Positions 30,943 to 42,303 are shown, counted from the stretch's first letter. The stretch is DNA of 64,000 nucleotides from Tolypothrix carrinoi HA7290-LM1 (GCA_019358935.1 JAHHIK010000011.1:40469-104468); one strand, 5' to 3'. Numbers and translations are program-made. The notes: generated by a model not told the origin, from the letters alone.

Positions 30943-31853
30943 ATGCCTATAACCTTCGCCTTCGCCCTCAGTCAACAGCAAACTTTTGAATTGCGCTGTG
31001 ATTATGGGTCACGTCGCTTGGATAAAGTAGAGTTATTAGCATTAATTGACCAGTGTGAGCAAAATTACTACTCTAAGGAGAGCGATCGCCTACCCTATCT
31101 TACCGAAATTGGACGACAGCTTTATTCTTGGCTGGATGGCAAGGAAGGATGGCTGAGAAAGTCGCTAGATGAGACGGATGAACAAACGATTTATTTAGAT
31201 TTGATCCAAACTAGCGAAGCGCAGGGATTGAACCCAGAAACGGAACGTGTCGCTTTGGGATTGGCACATTTGCCTTGGGAATTGCTATGCGATCGCACAG
31301 GGTTTTTACTGCAACGGCAAGATATTGCCGTGTTGCCAGTGCGTTCTGTGCAGCAACGCAATACCAAAGTTGCTGAGGTGGCAAATCGCCCGTTGCGGCT
31401 GTTGTTTATGGCGACTTCTCCAGAACACCCAGCAATTGCACCGTTACAATTTGAGCAAGAAGAGGCGAATATTCTCACAGCGACGAAAGAACAGCCTTTG
31501 GCGTTGATTGTGGAAGAAAGCGGTTCGGTGACTGAGTTGGAGAATTTGGTTCAGTCATACCCACCAGATTATTTTGATGTGTTCCATTTGACGGGACATA
31601 AAGTAATTTATACAGAAGAATATTTCGGTAGCTATCTGCCAGAAAAACCCCAAATCAAGGATTATACTTTCTGCTTTATCACTGAGGATGAGGTAGGTAA
31701 TGTGCAATTTACTACCGTTGAGCATTTGGCGAAAGCCTTCAAGAAACGCTTTCCCCGCGTGATATTTCTCTCTGGCTGTCACACGGGGTAAGTTGCCAAT
31801 AAAGGAACAGTACCTTCGATGGCGCAGGCTTTGGTGAAAGCGGGTGCGGGTGA
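30943..31853 (+). pseudogene. CHAT-domain (caspase-like) protein with nonsense stop and truncation
   Basis: LAHLPWELL, PLRLLFMATSP, FHLTGH, FLSGCHTG; in-frame TAA at 31789 followed by VANKGTVPSMAQALVKAG, then an abrupt end. Confidence 0.8.
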
Positions 31854-31892
31854 CGAAAGTCAGTTTTATACAAGGAAAGCGCCAAACAGTTA

Positions 31893-34136
31893 TTACTCTT
31901 TGACGCAATCAATCATGTAGCGCTTGCCCGACGAACTTTGCTCAATACGCAGCCCGTGGATTTCAATCTCGAAGCCGGGGAACTGTCGGTCAAATTCGCG
32001 TGTGAACCTGAGGTACTCGATAATCGAGCGGCTTTCAGGGATGAAGCGTTCTCCAGGCATGATGACGGGGATGCCTGGGGGGGTAGGAGCTACCATGGTT
32101 GCAGAAATCCGACCAATGGCTTCCTCAATATCTACATGCTCAACATGACCATGCACCAAGGCGTTGTAGGCATCGGCTGGACGCATCGCCGGTTCGGGAA
32201 GCGTTAGATACATATCATGCATAGCTTGCAATATATTGTTGGCACGGTAGCACTCGTGGATTGCAGTGCAAAGGTCGCGCAGACCCTTGCTATGTACGGC
32301 ATTATGTGGCGCAACGCTCTTGAGCGCCTTATCAAGGGGGGCGTTGGAGTCGTAGAGACGCTTGAACTTCAGGAGCTCCGTTAGCAACGTACTCCACTTG
32401 CCCTTGGTGATCCCGATTGAGAATAACACTAGCAGGGAGTATACCCCAGTTTTCTCCACCGTCAGCCCCTGCTCCCACAGGAACTTGGAGAGAACTGCCG
32501 CCGGGATACCAACCTCTCCTTCTCCTGCGCCCACTCCAGGACAGATAATGGTGACTTTAATCGGATCGAGAATTGCTTGACCCGAAGTGAGACCGGCGAA
32601 ACCATGCCAGTTCGCTTCTGCTTGTAGCTGCCAATCCTCTGTCTTGACCGCATCGTTGTTGAGGGGAACGTCCTCAGGCTGCCACGTAGAAAACCACCAA
32701 TCGCTAGGCTCGAATTCCTTACGCATGTCACGCATTAGCCGTCGGAATGTTATCGCTTCATCAATGGTTTCTTGCAGAAGGGTGCGTCCGCCACGCCCTG
32801 CCATCATCCGCGATGCCACATCTAAAGAAGCCATTATCGGGTAATGGGGCGAGGTGGAGGTGTGCATCAAAAAGGCATCATTAAAACGATGGATGTCGAG
32901 GGACTGCTTCTGACTGTTTTTCACATGAACCATCGCAGCTTGGGAGAAGGCAGCGAGAAGTTTGTGAGTGGACTGGGTCGCGAACACAATTGGGTGTTCC
33001 GCCCGTGGAGAACTCTTTGACATCCCGTAATGACCCTCGTAGAACTCGTGAAACGCAGCATAGGCAAACCATGCCTCGTCAAAATGTAGGGCATCTACTG
33101 CATCACCAATTTGCTCCTTGATAGCATCTGCGTTGTAGCAGATACCGTCATACGTCGAGTTAGTTACCACCGCCATCCGTGCTTTCTTACCGTAATTGCG
33201 GGCAAGGGGATTTGCCGCGATCTTCGCCTCAATTGCTTGCGGTGAGAATTGATCTAGGCTAATAGGTCCGATAATGCCATGCTCATTCCGTGACGGCGTT
33301 AAATAGACAGGGATAGCCCCAGTCATAACGATGATATGCAAAATAGACTTGTGGCAGTTGCGATCGACCAAAACGATATCATCGCGACCCACCATCCCGT
33401 GCCACACAATCTTGTTTGCCGTCGAGTTGCCGTTGATGACAAACAGGGTGTGGTCAGCACCAAAATTGCGTGCCGCTTCTATCTCAGCATCAGCGATCGG
33501 ACCAGTGTGATCGAGAAGCGATCCCAGTTCAGGCACGGAGATTGAGAGGTCAGTGCGGAAAACGTTCTCACCATAGAACTGGTGAAAAGCCCGACCTACA
33601 GGGCTTTTGATAAAGGCAACCCCCCCGGCGTGTCCGGGTGTATGCCAGGAATATGCGGACTCCTCGGCATGATGCACCATCGCTTTGAAAAACGGAGGCA
33701 AGAGATTCTCCAGGTAATCTTGGGCAGCACGCGCAACCTGGCGAGCGAGGAACTCAGAGGTATCCTCAAACAAATAGATCACGCCTTCTACCTGACTCAG
33801 ATACTGTAGCTGCAACTCCTCGACAGTTTTTCGTTCACCTACGTAGAAGATTGGTATGTTCTCGTTCTTCCGATGAGCAGCATCTAGGAGAGCCTGCAAA
33901 TGCGCTGCGAAGTGAACCCCCTCCTCGGAGCCTTCCACTGAAATCAAGATACAGGAGAAGGCGTTGAAGCCTCCGGCTACGGTTGCTGCGTCTGTGTAGG
34001 TTTCTAAATTCAAGACTTTGAAGTTCAAGTTTTCTAATTCCGTTGCCAGCCTCCGCATGAAAACACCAGCAGCGTTCTCTGAGTGGAAGTCAGCATCAAC
34101 AATCAAGATTGGAAAATCTAAAGCACGGTTTCACAT
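31893..34136 (-). CDS. Orn/Lys/Arg decarboxylase (PLP-dependent, LdcI/AdiA-type with wing domain); natural start disrupted
   Basis: WHTPGHAGG, DRNCHKS, NSTYDG, HFDEAW, TQSTHK, HTSTSP, PPGIP, FPGFE.EIHG. ATG at 34136 is followed by TGA; open from TTG 34106. Confidence 0.88.
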
Positions 34137-34289
34137 TGTAGTTTTTTTACTGTGATGATTTTGCATTACTCTTAAGATCGCATTTTATAACGCTTATACC
34201 CCAAGGCAAAGGCACCTTAAAGAGGCACAGATATAATTGACGAAAAATCTATTTTGTGTATTAAGTCGAAAAATCAGATTGCTCGCTTT

Positions 34290-34607
34290 TACGTTGTCTG
34301 GCTTGAACAGGAGTTTTAACAGTGCTCGTTCTTGACAATGCTTCCGTGCATCAAAGTAAATTGACACAAAAGAATTTTCAACACTGGTACTCTCAAGGAC
34401 TATTGTTATTTTTCTTGCCTGCTTATAATCCACAAATGAACCGTATCGAAGATGAATGGTTGCATCTTAAACGTGACGAACTTGCTGAAAGGGTATTTGA
34501 AGATGAATACGAGAAGCGCGATCGCCATTATCGAAGGTATAGAAAGTAGAAAGCACAAGGTCAGTATCAAATTGAGCGTTTTACGTTTAATTAGGTTGAC
34601 CTACTTA
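34290..34607 (+). mobile_element. IS630-family transposase 3' remnant with right end
   Basis: VLDNASVH...FLPAYNPQMNRIEDEWLHLK DDE segment; frameshifted tail; ends ...GACCTACTTA. Confidence 0.8.
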
Positions 34608-34699
34608 GGAGAAACAAAAGTGCGTAGAAAGTAGCCCGTCGTAGACATCGCATCACCCTGCGTTACCCTAAAATTAGTTGTTGATGGTGTCGGTAGCTT

Positions 34700-34969
34700 A
34701 TGGAATCTATAAACATTACACTACCAGATGAGCTAGGTGATGCTCTCAATTCTTATATCCGCGATCGCGAAGTTTCCTTACCTGCTAATGCGATTGTAGA
34801 AACTGCGCTCAAAGAATTTTTAACCCAACGTGGCTATTTACCCCCGCAACGACAAAGTTTACACCTCACTCCTGCACCAAAGCAAAGTGGTTTTCAAGAT
34901 ACCTCAGTAAATCACGATAAAATTCTCGCTGAACAAGCATCGCAGAAATTACCGCCAAATATACGTTGA
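34700..34969 (+). CDS. RHH-type antitoxin (VapB-like)
   Basis: INITLPDEL..AL..Y...AIVETALKEFL; C-terminal SG..DTSVNHD. Confidence 0.7.
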   Translation: MESINITLPDELGDALNSYIRDREVSLPANAIVETALKEFLTQRGYLPPQRQSLHLTPAPKQSGFQDTSVNHDKILAEQASQKLPPNIR

Positions 34970-35206
34970 GAGCCAGAAAACGCCGACACTGGACTTTTAT
35001 ATGCTGCTGTAGATGTAGATGACCAATATCATGAGCGATCGCAAGCCGAACTACAGCGTATAGACCTAGAAAATTTAACAGTTGTAGTTGGGTTTCCTGT
35101 ATATTTAGATACTTATAATCTGTTGCTATATCGTCTTGGAACTCAACAAGCGATCGGTTTTGCCAGACAATGTATAGAAGCCGTTAATTTCCTTATTGAC
35201 GGCTAG
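34966..35206 (+). pseudogene. Truncated PIN-domain (VapC-like) toxin
   Basis: Manual translation ADTGLLYAAVDVDDQYHERS...VYLDTYNLL; start frameshifted, C-terminal half missing. Confidence 0.7.
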
Positions 35207-35274
35207 AGAGTAGCTAGGTGAATTAGGGTCACTAGACCTTAAAAGAATATTGGTATCAAGAAGATATCTAGCCA

Positions 35275-35517
35275 TCAATCCTCATAAATGCTGTCACGGC
35301 GTAGGGCTTCATCTGGAAGTCCTGGGCTATCTTTGTCATGGCTTTCTGCCCAATCTATCCATTGTTTAACCCGTTCTGCCGTCGTCAGAGAATTTAGGGG
35401 TACGTGTTTTTCTGGGGTAGATTTGTGCAAGATAAAATCGACAAAATCTAAAACTTCTTGCTGTTTATCGGCAGTTAAATCTCGCCATTTATTAAGTAAC
35501 AGTTGTTCGGTATTCAT
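35275..35517 (-). CDS. DUF2281-like putative antitoxin
   Basis: L..DKQQEVLDFVDFI; LPDEALRRDSIY tail. Confidence 0.65.
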   Translation of the reverse strand: MNTEQLLLNKWRDLTADKQQEVLDFVDFILHKSTPEKHVPLNSLTTAERVKQWIDWAESHDKDSPGLPDEALRRDSIYED

Positions 35518-35570
35518 CAGCTTATTTATCCTGTGATATAAATTAGATAAAACGTTCAGTGTAAAGCTTT

Positions 35571-35768
35571 TTACTCTTCACCTTCAATTTTGCGCCGGAA
35601 TACCTCTTCCATTTGTTGCCAACCTTCTTCAGTATCGGGAAACTTATACTGTTTAGCCTTGGGATTACGACGACTCATTAAAATACGCAATGCTTCAATA
35701 TCTTCTCGATGTGCCAGTACATAAGCTCTCAGTTCGGCTCTAGGCATTTTTTCAAAATCCGGCTTCAT
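35571..35768 (-). CDS. DUF6887-like small protein
   Basis: MKPDFEKM.RAELRAYVLAHRED.EA. Confidence 0.6.
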   Translation of the reverse strand: MKPDFEKMPRAELRAYVLAHREDIEALRILMSRRNPKAKQYKFPDTEEGWQQMEEVFRRKIEGEE

Positions 35769-35943
35769 TTATAAACTCCCAGATTCCCTCACGGTTGATA
35801 ATAATTTCGATAGTTTCTCCAGCCAGAATATATATCTCTCCTGTTTTTTCATCAAAGCGAAATAAATGAATATCCTGATACAGATTGGATAACATCTGAC
35901 ACACCTTGATGCATTCGATTCCTTGCTTTGCCGTGGGTAAAAT
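35752..35943 (-). CDS. DUF6888-like small protein (partner of DUF6887); start uncertain
   Basis: Manual translation LPTAKQGIECIKVCQMLSNLYQDIHLFRFDEKTGEIYILAGETIEIIINREGIWEF; overlaps the next start; no canonical start codon found. Confidence 0.5.
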   Translation of the reverse strand: MLPTAKQGIECIKVCQMLSNLYQDIHLFRFDEKTGEIYILAGETIEIIINREGIWEFINEAGF

Positions 35944-36049
35944 AGTCTTTCCTCAATTGTGACATAGCTATTTTCACACGAGGCGTTACTTTTTAATTAG
36001 TTATTGACAATGCCACAAGCTTATGAATTCATTTTTTAAATAACGTGAA

Positions 36050-36604
36050 TTACGCTGTTGTAGCAAGGCGAAAATCTGCTATAATAGGTAACTCGAATAA
36101 AGTTTTCTCTGACAGCCTTTTGGAGAAAAATAAAATTTCCAAGTTTTCAATTTCGCCAGTATCTGGGTTGAGCCGAGCAATTACACCATAGTCAATTTCT
36201 TCTGATTCTTGTTCTGCGTATGGTTGGCGTTTGTTGATATAGAGAATATCACCCTCGCGATCGTATTCAAACCCTAATTTCGCGTCCATATAGTTTCTCC
36301 TTTCCTTCATTTTTTTGGAAATATAAGCTGTAACAATCCAATGGCGTTCTTGGGGAAATGTATCGGTAACTACGGCTACTATGGCAAAAGAGCCTTTGCG
36401 GAGAGTAGGAAACCAGCGAGAAAATAAGAGCGTATTTTCAAAACGTAGATCGCACCGAACTTCGTCAGGATCGCTCAAGGTGTCAGCAATTAAGTCAAGG
36501 TAGGTTGTTGGTAAATCGGGATGCCTTTGAAGAATATGTCTTTCGCGTTCTTGGGTTAGTTCAACCTCACTATCAAGATAGGGGCAAAAAAATTGCTCTG
36601 CCAC
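36050..36604 (-). CDS. Fusion of a RelE/BrnT-like nuclease domain and a DUF2283 domain
   Basis: N-part HILQRHP...TLSDPDEV...WIVTAY; C-part YDREGDILYI...NPDTGEIENLEIL with internal AGGAG + ATG at 36289. Confidence 0.65.
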   Translation of the reverse strand: MAEQFFCPYLDSEVELTQERERHILQRHPDLPTTYLDLIADTLSDPDEVRCDLRFENTLLFSRWFPTLRKGSFAIVAVVTDTFPQERHWIVTAYISKKMKERRNYMDAKLGFEYDREGDILYINKRQPYAEQESEEIDYGVIARLNPDTGEIENLEILFFSKRLSEKTLFELPIIADFRLATTA

Positions 36605-36882
36605 AGTTTCTCTACTTTATTTATATATTCCAGTAAAAGGTATAAAAATACTCTTCACGCATACACTCTGCTGTTGACAATTGTAAAAGCAAATACCGCC
36701 TTTAGTGCTTCAGGGTTGGGGGTGAGGTTTTTTCCCGGACGGTAATCCTACTTGAGAATGACGTGAAGACCGATCTTTGTAGTTGTCCGCGTCTTTTTAC
36801 AATCAGTTTATCAGAAAAAATTTTATTGTTTTTCTCTTGGCGCTGTTTAAACGCCTTCATTAGTTAGTTGAGTCAAAAGCCT

Positions 36883-39501
36883 ATGCAACCCACTAACCCC
36901 AACCAATTTACCGAAAAAGCCTGGGAAGCGATCGCGCACACTCCAGATATTGCTAAACAATATCAACTTCAGCAGATCGAAAGCGAACACTTAATGAAGG
37001 CACTGCTAGAACAAGAAGGACTAGCTAGCGGTGTTTTTACTAAAGCCGGTGTAAATCTCCAAAAATTACGCGATCGCACTGAACAATTCATTCAACGTCA
37101 GCCGAAAGTTTCCGGTAGCAGCAGTTCCGTTTACTTAGGACGCAGCTTGGATACACTGTTAGATCGCGCTGATGGCTATCGCAAAGAATTTCAAGACGAA
37201 TACATCTCTATTGAACACTTATTACTCGCCTACGCCAAGGATGACCGCTTTGGCAAAAGTCTATTCCAAGAATTTGGATTAGACGAAGGCAAATTAAAGA
37301 ATATCATTAAACAAATTCGTGGGAACCAGAAAGTGACCGACCAAAATCCAGAAGGCAAATATGAAGCACTGGAAAAATATGGGCGTGACCTCACCGAAGC
37401 TGCCCGTCAAGGTAAACTTGATCCAGTGATTGGACGCGATGATGAAATTCGCCGCACCATTCAAATTCTCTCGCGTCGTACCAAAAATAACCCCGTACTG
37501 ATTGGGGAACCGGGTGTGGGTAAAACTGCGATCGCTGAAGGATTAGCACAGCGCATCGTTGCAGGTGATGTCCCTCAATCTCTCAAAGACCGCAGGCTGA
37601 TAGCTTTAGATATGGGTGCTTTGATTGCGGGAGCAAAATTCCGGGGTGAATTTGAAGAACGTCTCAAAGCAGTATTAAAAGAAGTTACCGAATCTGGCGG
37701 CAATATTGTATTATTTATCGATGAAATTCACACCGTAGTCGGTGCCGGTGCGACTCAAGGTGCGATGGACGCAGGTAACTTGTTAAAACCGATGTTAGCG
37801 CGGGGTGAATTGCGCTGTATTGGGGCGACAACTCTTGACGAATACCGCAAGTATATCGAAAAAGATGCCGCTTTGGAAAGACGTTTCCAGCAGGTTTATG
37901 TCGATCAGCCGAGTGTATCCGATACTATTTCGATTTTGCGGGGGTTGAGAGAACGTTATGAAAACCACCACGGGGTAAAGATTTCTGATAGTGCTTTAGT
38001 TGCAGCTGCTATCTTGTCGAGTCGATATATTAGCGATCGCTTTCTTCCCGATAAAGCGATCGACTTGGTAGACGAAGCCGCAGCGAGACTGAAAATGGAG
38101 ATTACCTCCAAACCCGAAGAACTCGACGAAATCGACCGCAAAATTCTCCAATTAGAAATGGAAAGGCTTTCTCTCCAAAAAGAAAGCGATGCAGGTTCTC
38201 GCGAACGTTTAGAAAGACTAGAAAAAGAACTTGCGGATTTTAAAGAAGAACAAAGAACGTTCAATACTCAATGGCAGTCTGAAAAAGATATTATCACCAA
38301 AATTCAGTCTGTTAAACAAGATATTGAACGGGTAAATCTGGAAATTCAACAAGCAGAACGCGACTACGATCTTAACCGCGCTGCTGAGTTGAAATATGGC
38401 AAATTAACAGATTTACATCGTCAATTAGAAGCCGCAGAAACTGAACTTGCCCAAACGCAACACAGTGGAAAATCACTGTTGCGAGAAGAAGTAACTGAAG
38501 CTGATATTGCGGAAGTTATTTCTAAGTGGACGGGAATTCCTATCAGCAAGCTGGTGGAATCTGAAAAAGAAAAACTCCTGCAATTAGAAGATGAACTGCA
38601 CCACCGGGTCGTCGGACAAGATGAAGCGGTAACAGCTGTAGCGGATGCAATTCAACGTTCTCGCGCTGGACTTGCAGATCCCAATCGTCCCATTGCTAGC
38701 TTTATTTTCCTCGGTCCTACGGGTGTGGGTAAAACCGAATTAGCGAAAGCGCTAGCCGCATATCTCTTCGACACGGAAGAAGCGCTGGTACGAATTGATA
38801 TGTCTGAGTATATGGAGAAACACGCAGTTTCTCGCCTCATCGGTGCGCCTCCCGGATACGTGGGATACGATGAGGGCGGACAACTCACCGAAGCCGTTCG
38901 TCGTCGTCCTTATGCGGTGCTGCTATTCGACGAAATCGAAAAAGCACACCCCGATGTATTTAATATCTTTCTGCAAATTCTTGATGATGGGCGTGTGACT
39001 GATGCTCAAGGTCATACAGTTGACTTTAAGAACACGATCATCATTATGACTAGCAACATCGGTTCGCAGTATATTCTCGATGTGGCGGGGGATGATTCAC
39101 GTTATGATGAAATGCGTCATCGCGTGATGGAAGCGATGCGGAATAGCTTCCGTCCGGAGTTTCTCAACCGCATTGACGAAACGATAATCTTCCACCCACT
39201 GCACAAAGGCGAATTGCGGCATATTGTACAGTTGCAAGTAAATAGACTGCGACAAAGATTGAGCGATCGCAAGATTTCTCTCAAACTCTCCGATTCTGCT
39301 CTTGACTTTTTGGCAGAAGTAGGATATGACCCAGTATTTGGCGCACGTCCTTTAAAAAGAGCGATTCAACGCGAGTTAGAAACTCAAATTGCCAAAGCTA
39401 TCTTACGCGGTGAATTCAACGATGGCGATACAATTTTTGTGGATGTGCAAAATGAGCGTTTGTCTTTCAATCGTTTGCCGGCTGAGGTATTTACCAGCTA
39501 A
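36883..39501 (+). CDS. clpB: Chaperone ClpB
   Basis: Two AAA+ modules ([16 protein letters not shown]), middle coiled coil (AAELKYG), GARPLKR. Confidence 0.98.
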   Translation: MQPTNPNQFTEKAWEAIAHTPDIAKQYQLQQIESEHLMKALLEQEGLASGVFTKAGVNLQKLRDRTEQFIQRQPKVSGSSSSVYLGRSLDTLLDRADGYRKEFQDEYISIEHLLLAYAKDDRFGKSLFQEFGLDEGKLKNIIKQIRGNQKVTDQNPEGKYEALEKYGRDLTEAARQGKLDPVIGRDDEIRRTIQILSRRTKNNPVLIGEPGVGKTAIAEGLAQRIVAGDVPQSLKDRRLIALDMGALIAGAKFRGEFEERLKAVLKEVTESGGNIVLFIDEIHTVVGAGATQGAMDAGNLLKPMLARGELRCIGATTLDEYRKYIEKDAALERRFQQVYVDQPSVSDTISILRGLRERYENHHGVKISDSALVAAAILSSRYISDRFLPDKAIDLVDEAAARLKMEITSKPEELDEIDRKILQLEMERLSLQKESDAGSRERLERLEKELADFKEEQRTFNTQWQSEKDIITKIQSVKQDIERVNLEIQQAERDYDLNRAAELKYGKLTDLHRQLEAAETELAQTQHSGKSLLREEVTEADIAEVISKWTGIPISKLVESEKEKLLQLEDELHHRVVGQDEAVTAVADAIQRSRAGLADPNRPIASFIFLGPTGVGKTELAKALAAYLFDTEEALVRIDMSEYMEKHAVSRLIGAPPGYVGYDEGGQLTEAVRRRPYAVLLFDEIEKAHPDVFNIFLQILDDGRVTDAQGHTVDFKNTIIIMTSNIGSQYILDVAGDDSRYDEMRHRVMEAMRNSFRPEFLNRIDETIIFHPLHKGELRHIVQLQVNRLRQRLSDRKISLKLSDSALDFLAEVGYDPVFGARPLKRAIQRELETQIAKAILRGEFNDGDTIFVDVQNERLSFNRLPAEVFTS

Positions 39502-39532
39502 TTAGATGCAAGATTAAGACCCCCCACATATT

Positions 39533-39562
39533 GTAGAGACGTTCGGTGTGGAACGTCTCTAC
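39533..39562. repeat. REP-like palindrome GTAGAGACGTT...AACGTCTCTAC
   Basis: Further copies at 40733-40762, 42615-42644 and 44247-44275. Confidence 0.85.
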
Positions 39563-39600
39563 GACGGTATGGTGTTTTTATTAATGTTAATTCAACAAAG

Positions 39601-40068
39601 ATGAAAAGCCATCTAGCACTCGCAGGTCCGTTTTACGGCAAAGCTGAGGTTTGTGAATCAATACTTAGAACTTTACCCGAATGGTTTGGGAAAGAGACAG
39701 CGCTAATTCAATACCTGAAAGACATAGAAAGGCTACCAAGTTTACTTGCTGTAGTAGATAATGAGTGTGTAGGTTTTCTTACCTTCAAGCTGCATAATGA
39801 ATACGCAGCGGAACTGTATATTATCGGTGTTCGTCCCGAATATCACCGTCAAGGTATTGGTCGTGCGTTAGTGAACCGCGTAGAGTCGATTATACGTCAG
39901 CAGAGTATAGAATATTGGCAGGTTAAGACTCTTGCTTCATCTCACCCAGATAAATTTTATGCACAAACAAGAGCGTTTTATTTCAGTATGGGATTTAGAC
40001 CCCTAGAAGTATTTACACAACTTTGGGGCGAAGATAATCCCTGTATGTTAATGGTCAAGCGCTTATAA
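39601..40068 (+). CDS. GNAT N-acetyltransferase
   Basis: V.PEYHRQGIGRAL acetyl-CoA motif; FY.SMGF. Confidence 0.9.
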   Translation: MKSHLALAGPFYGKAEVCESILRTLPEWFGKETALIQYLKDIERLPSLLAVVDNECVGFLTFKLHNEYAAELYIIGVRPEYHRQGIGRALVNRVESIIRQQSIEYWQVKTLASSHPDKFYAQTRAFYFSMGFRPLEVFTQLWGEDNPCMLMVKRL

Positions 40069-40349
40069 ATTGCTTATATTAAAAAAATTATTCATCAAAA
40101 AATACTTCATATATCTCAGTAACTAAGTGGCGCAATTAAAGATAAAATGTAATTATTGTTCGTAGTGAGCGGTTTACCGCTCAATTGCATTCATTTTTAA
40201 GCACTTTGAAGCACTGAAGTGCTTACTACGTTAAAATGCTTTTATTTACACTTGAGTACTTAAGTCGATTATGAAATCTGGAATTATCTAGTTAAGTAAT
40301 GTAGTTTTACAATGAATGCACAAGTAACAATCATTGGAGGATAAATTTT

Positions 40350-40589
40350 ATGTCTTTAGAACAGGTTGATGCTTTTTATGACCTTGTGAGTTCAGATCAA
40401 GCTATTTACGAGCAATATTACAATAAGTGCTGTCGTCTGGGGTTTTTAGGCAGCTATCATTGGGATAAAAGCAAGATTGTTGATTTTGCGGCTAATTTGG
40501 GCTACAGCTTTAGTGAAAATGATTTAGATCAAGTATGGTTTGGAAATGAGCCAAGTTTTTCTGCTCAATCGCTGAATTTATCCAAATAA
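40350..40589 (+). CDS. Nif11-like domain small protein
   Basis: MSLEQVDAF...IVDFAANLGYSFSENDL; GGAGG RBS. Confidence 0.65.
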   Translation: MSLEQVDAFYDLVSSDQAIYEQYYNKCCRLGFLGSYHWDKSKIVDFAANLGYSFSENDLDQVWFGNEPSFSAQSLNLSK

Positions 40590-40732
40590 AAGCATATGTC
40601 TTGAATTAATTGGCATTTTTATATTTTTTAACTGAATAATTTTAGAATATACGTTTTGATATGACTACAAACAAAGACGTTTTCCCCACCGAGGAAAGCG
40701 TCTTTTATAGTATCCGACAAATCACATATATT

Positions 40733-40762
40733 GTAGAGACGTTCCGGACCGAACGTCTCTAC
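40733..40762. repeat. REP-like GTAG palindrome
   Basis: GTAGAGACGTTCCGGACCGAACGTCTCTAC. Confidence 0.85.
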
Positions 40763-40857
40763 GACGGTTTTTTGGTAAAATGAGGGGTCAGACCTACCAT
40801 TCGCCAACGGTATCCTGGTAGGGGGGGGTTAGGTTCCGATTTTGATGTTTACATCTT

Positions 40858-41433
40858 CTAAAAACCTGAACCTGGTTGCTGTAAAAATTCTTCTTCCTCT
40901 AAGCTGGAAATGCGCCCTAAAATTGCATTGCGATGAGGAAATCGCCCAAAACGCTCAATTATTTCTAGGTGACGATATGCATATTCAATTGCTTCAGCGC
41001 TGTCAGGATCGTGGCTGAGTTGCTGAAATAGCTTTACACTCTGATGCTGATGATCTAGATTTTCGCTGTGTTCAAAAGGTAAGTAGATAAACCAGCGTTG
41101 TACAGGCAAAAAGTGGCGATCGTAACCGAGTGCGATCGCCTGCTGCGCTGCTGAAAGTGCTTCCCAATCAGTCGCGAAGGCTTCAGGAGTACCCCGAAAT
41201 ATACTTCGGGGAAACTGATCTAACAACAAAATCAGCGCCAGACAAGTTTCCGGTAAATCGATCCAATCGTCTAGGTGTCCCGCTGCCGCTTTTTGGTAAT
41301 CTGTGCCGAATCGAGTTCGCAGTTCCTCATCAAACTCTGGTGTTTTATTAAACCAAGTTTTTCGAGGTTTACCGTAATTCGGTTCATCAGGATGACCAAA
41401 CCAAAATTCTAAAATAGGTTTTGCCTGTGACAT
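40858..41433 (-). CDS. DUF924 family protein
   Basis: ILEFWF, LLDQFPR, YLPFEHSE, FGRFPHRN. Confidence 0.92.
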   Translation of the reverse strand: MSQAKPILEFWFGHPDEPNYGKPRKTWFNKTPEFDEELRTRFGTDYQKAAAGHLDDWIDLPETCLALILLLDQFPRSIFRGTPEAFATDWEALSAAQQAIALGYDRHFLPVQRWFIYLPFEHSENLDHQHQSVKLFQQLSHDPDSAEAIEYAYRHLEIIERFGRFPHRNAILGRISSLEEEEFLQQPGSGF

Positions 41434-41438
41434 TGGTA

Positions 41439-41993
41439 TTACTGACCTAACATAAGCACTTGTCGCATTTTACGCATATTTGCGGGCAATTCTAAATTCA
41501 TTGCTTGTTGAATAAACATCGATGGTATGGGAATATTAGGCGTAGCTTGCACAGTATAAGCTAGCAATGTGCCGTTACCGCAATCTTTTAGCTCTAAATT
41601 AGCTGTAAAGTCTTCAAAAGTTCCTTTTTCCATCCGAAATTGAATTCGCTGCCCAATTTCTTCGGCAACGTTCAGGTAGATTTCAACTTGTGCTGTAAAA
41701 AAGAAAAATGCCTTTTGTGCCGCTTGATACAGACGCTTGACTTCACCTCGTTGTATAATCTCGCTTTTTGTTATATCAGGAAAATATTGCACCCAACGCG
41801 GGTAATCTGTGAGTTGCTGCCAGACATGCGATCGCACTAAAGGCACATACATCCAAGCGGTGACAGCACCACCCCAAGCATTGTGCGATCGCGTTTCTAC
41901 CAAAATCTCACCCTGCATCAGTAACTTTTGCTTGTCTTGACTCCAAGTCATATCGGAACCTCTAGTAATATTTGGGATATAAGACGCAGACAT
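41439..41993 (-). CDS. SRPBCC / polyketide cyclase-like protein
   Basis: VWQQLTDY..W..YFP START-like pattern. Confidence 0.8.
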   Translation of the reverse strand: MSASYIPNITRGSDMTWSQDKQKLLMQGEILVETRSHNAWGGAVTAWMYVPLVRSHVWQQLTDYPRWVQYFPDITKSEIIQRGEVKRLYQAAQKAFFFFTAQVEIYLNVAEEIGQRIQFRMEKGTFEDFTANLELKDCGNGTLLAYTVQATPNIPIPSMFIQQAMNLELPANMRKMRQVLMLGQ

Positions 41994-42303
41994 ATTGATT
42001 TTGGTTACTCCTCAAACCCACTTACGCAGTTGAAATGTAAAGTCTTTAACTTCATCGATGACAACCGACTAATTGTAGTTCCACTTCCATAGATAAATTT
42101 TCCGGAAAAACTGCTTCTAAGGTTATTATTCCCAAGATTTACGGAAAAGTATGTAATTTTATGATGAATTTCCCCCTTCATCGGTAAATACTGAACTAGC
42201 TTTAAAGTACAGCCTTTGACACTACTCGTCTATGACGTAAAATTATGAAGTTTTTGCCTTTTCGTTATGCTTTGATAAGCTGTTGCGTTCTGAGGGCAAT
42301 TAT

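Noticed and set aside
40350..40589. Nif11-like protein as a RiPP precursor
   Set aside because: No Gly-Gly cleavage motif or clear core peptide, and no modifying enzymes or peptidase-transporter nearby.
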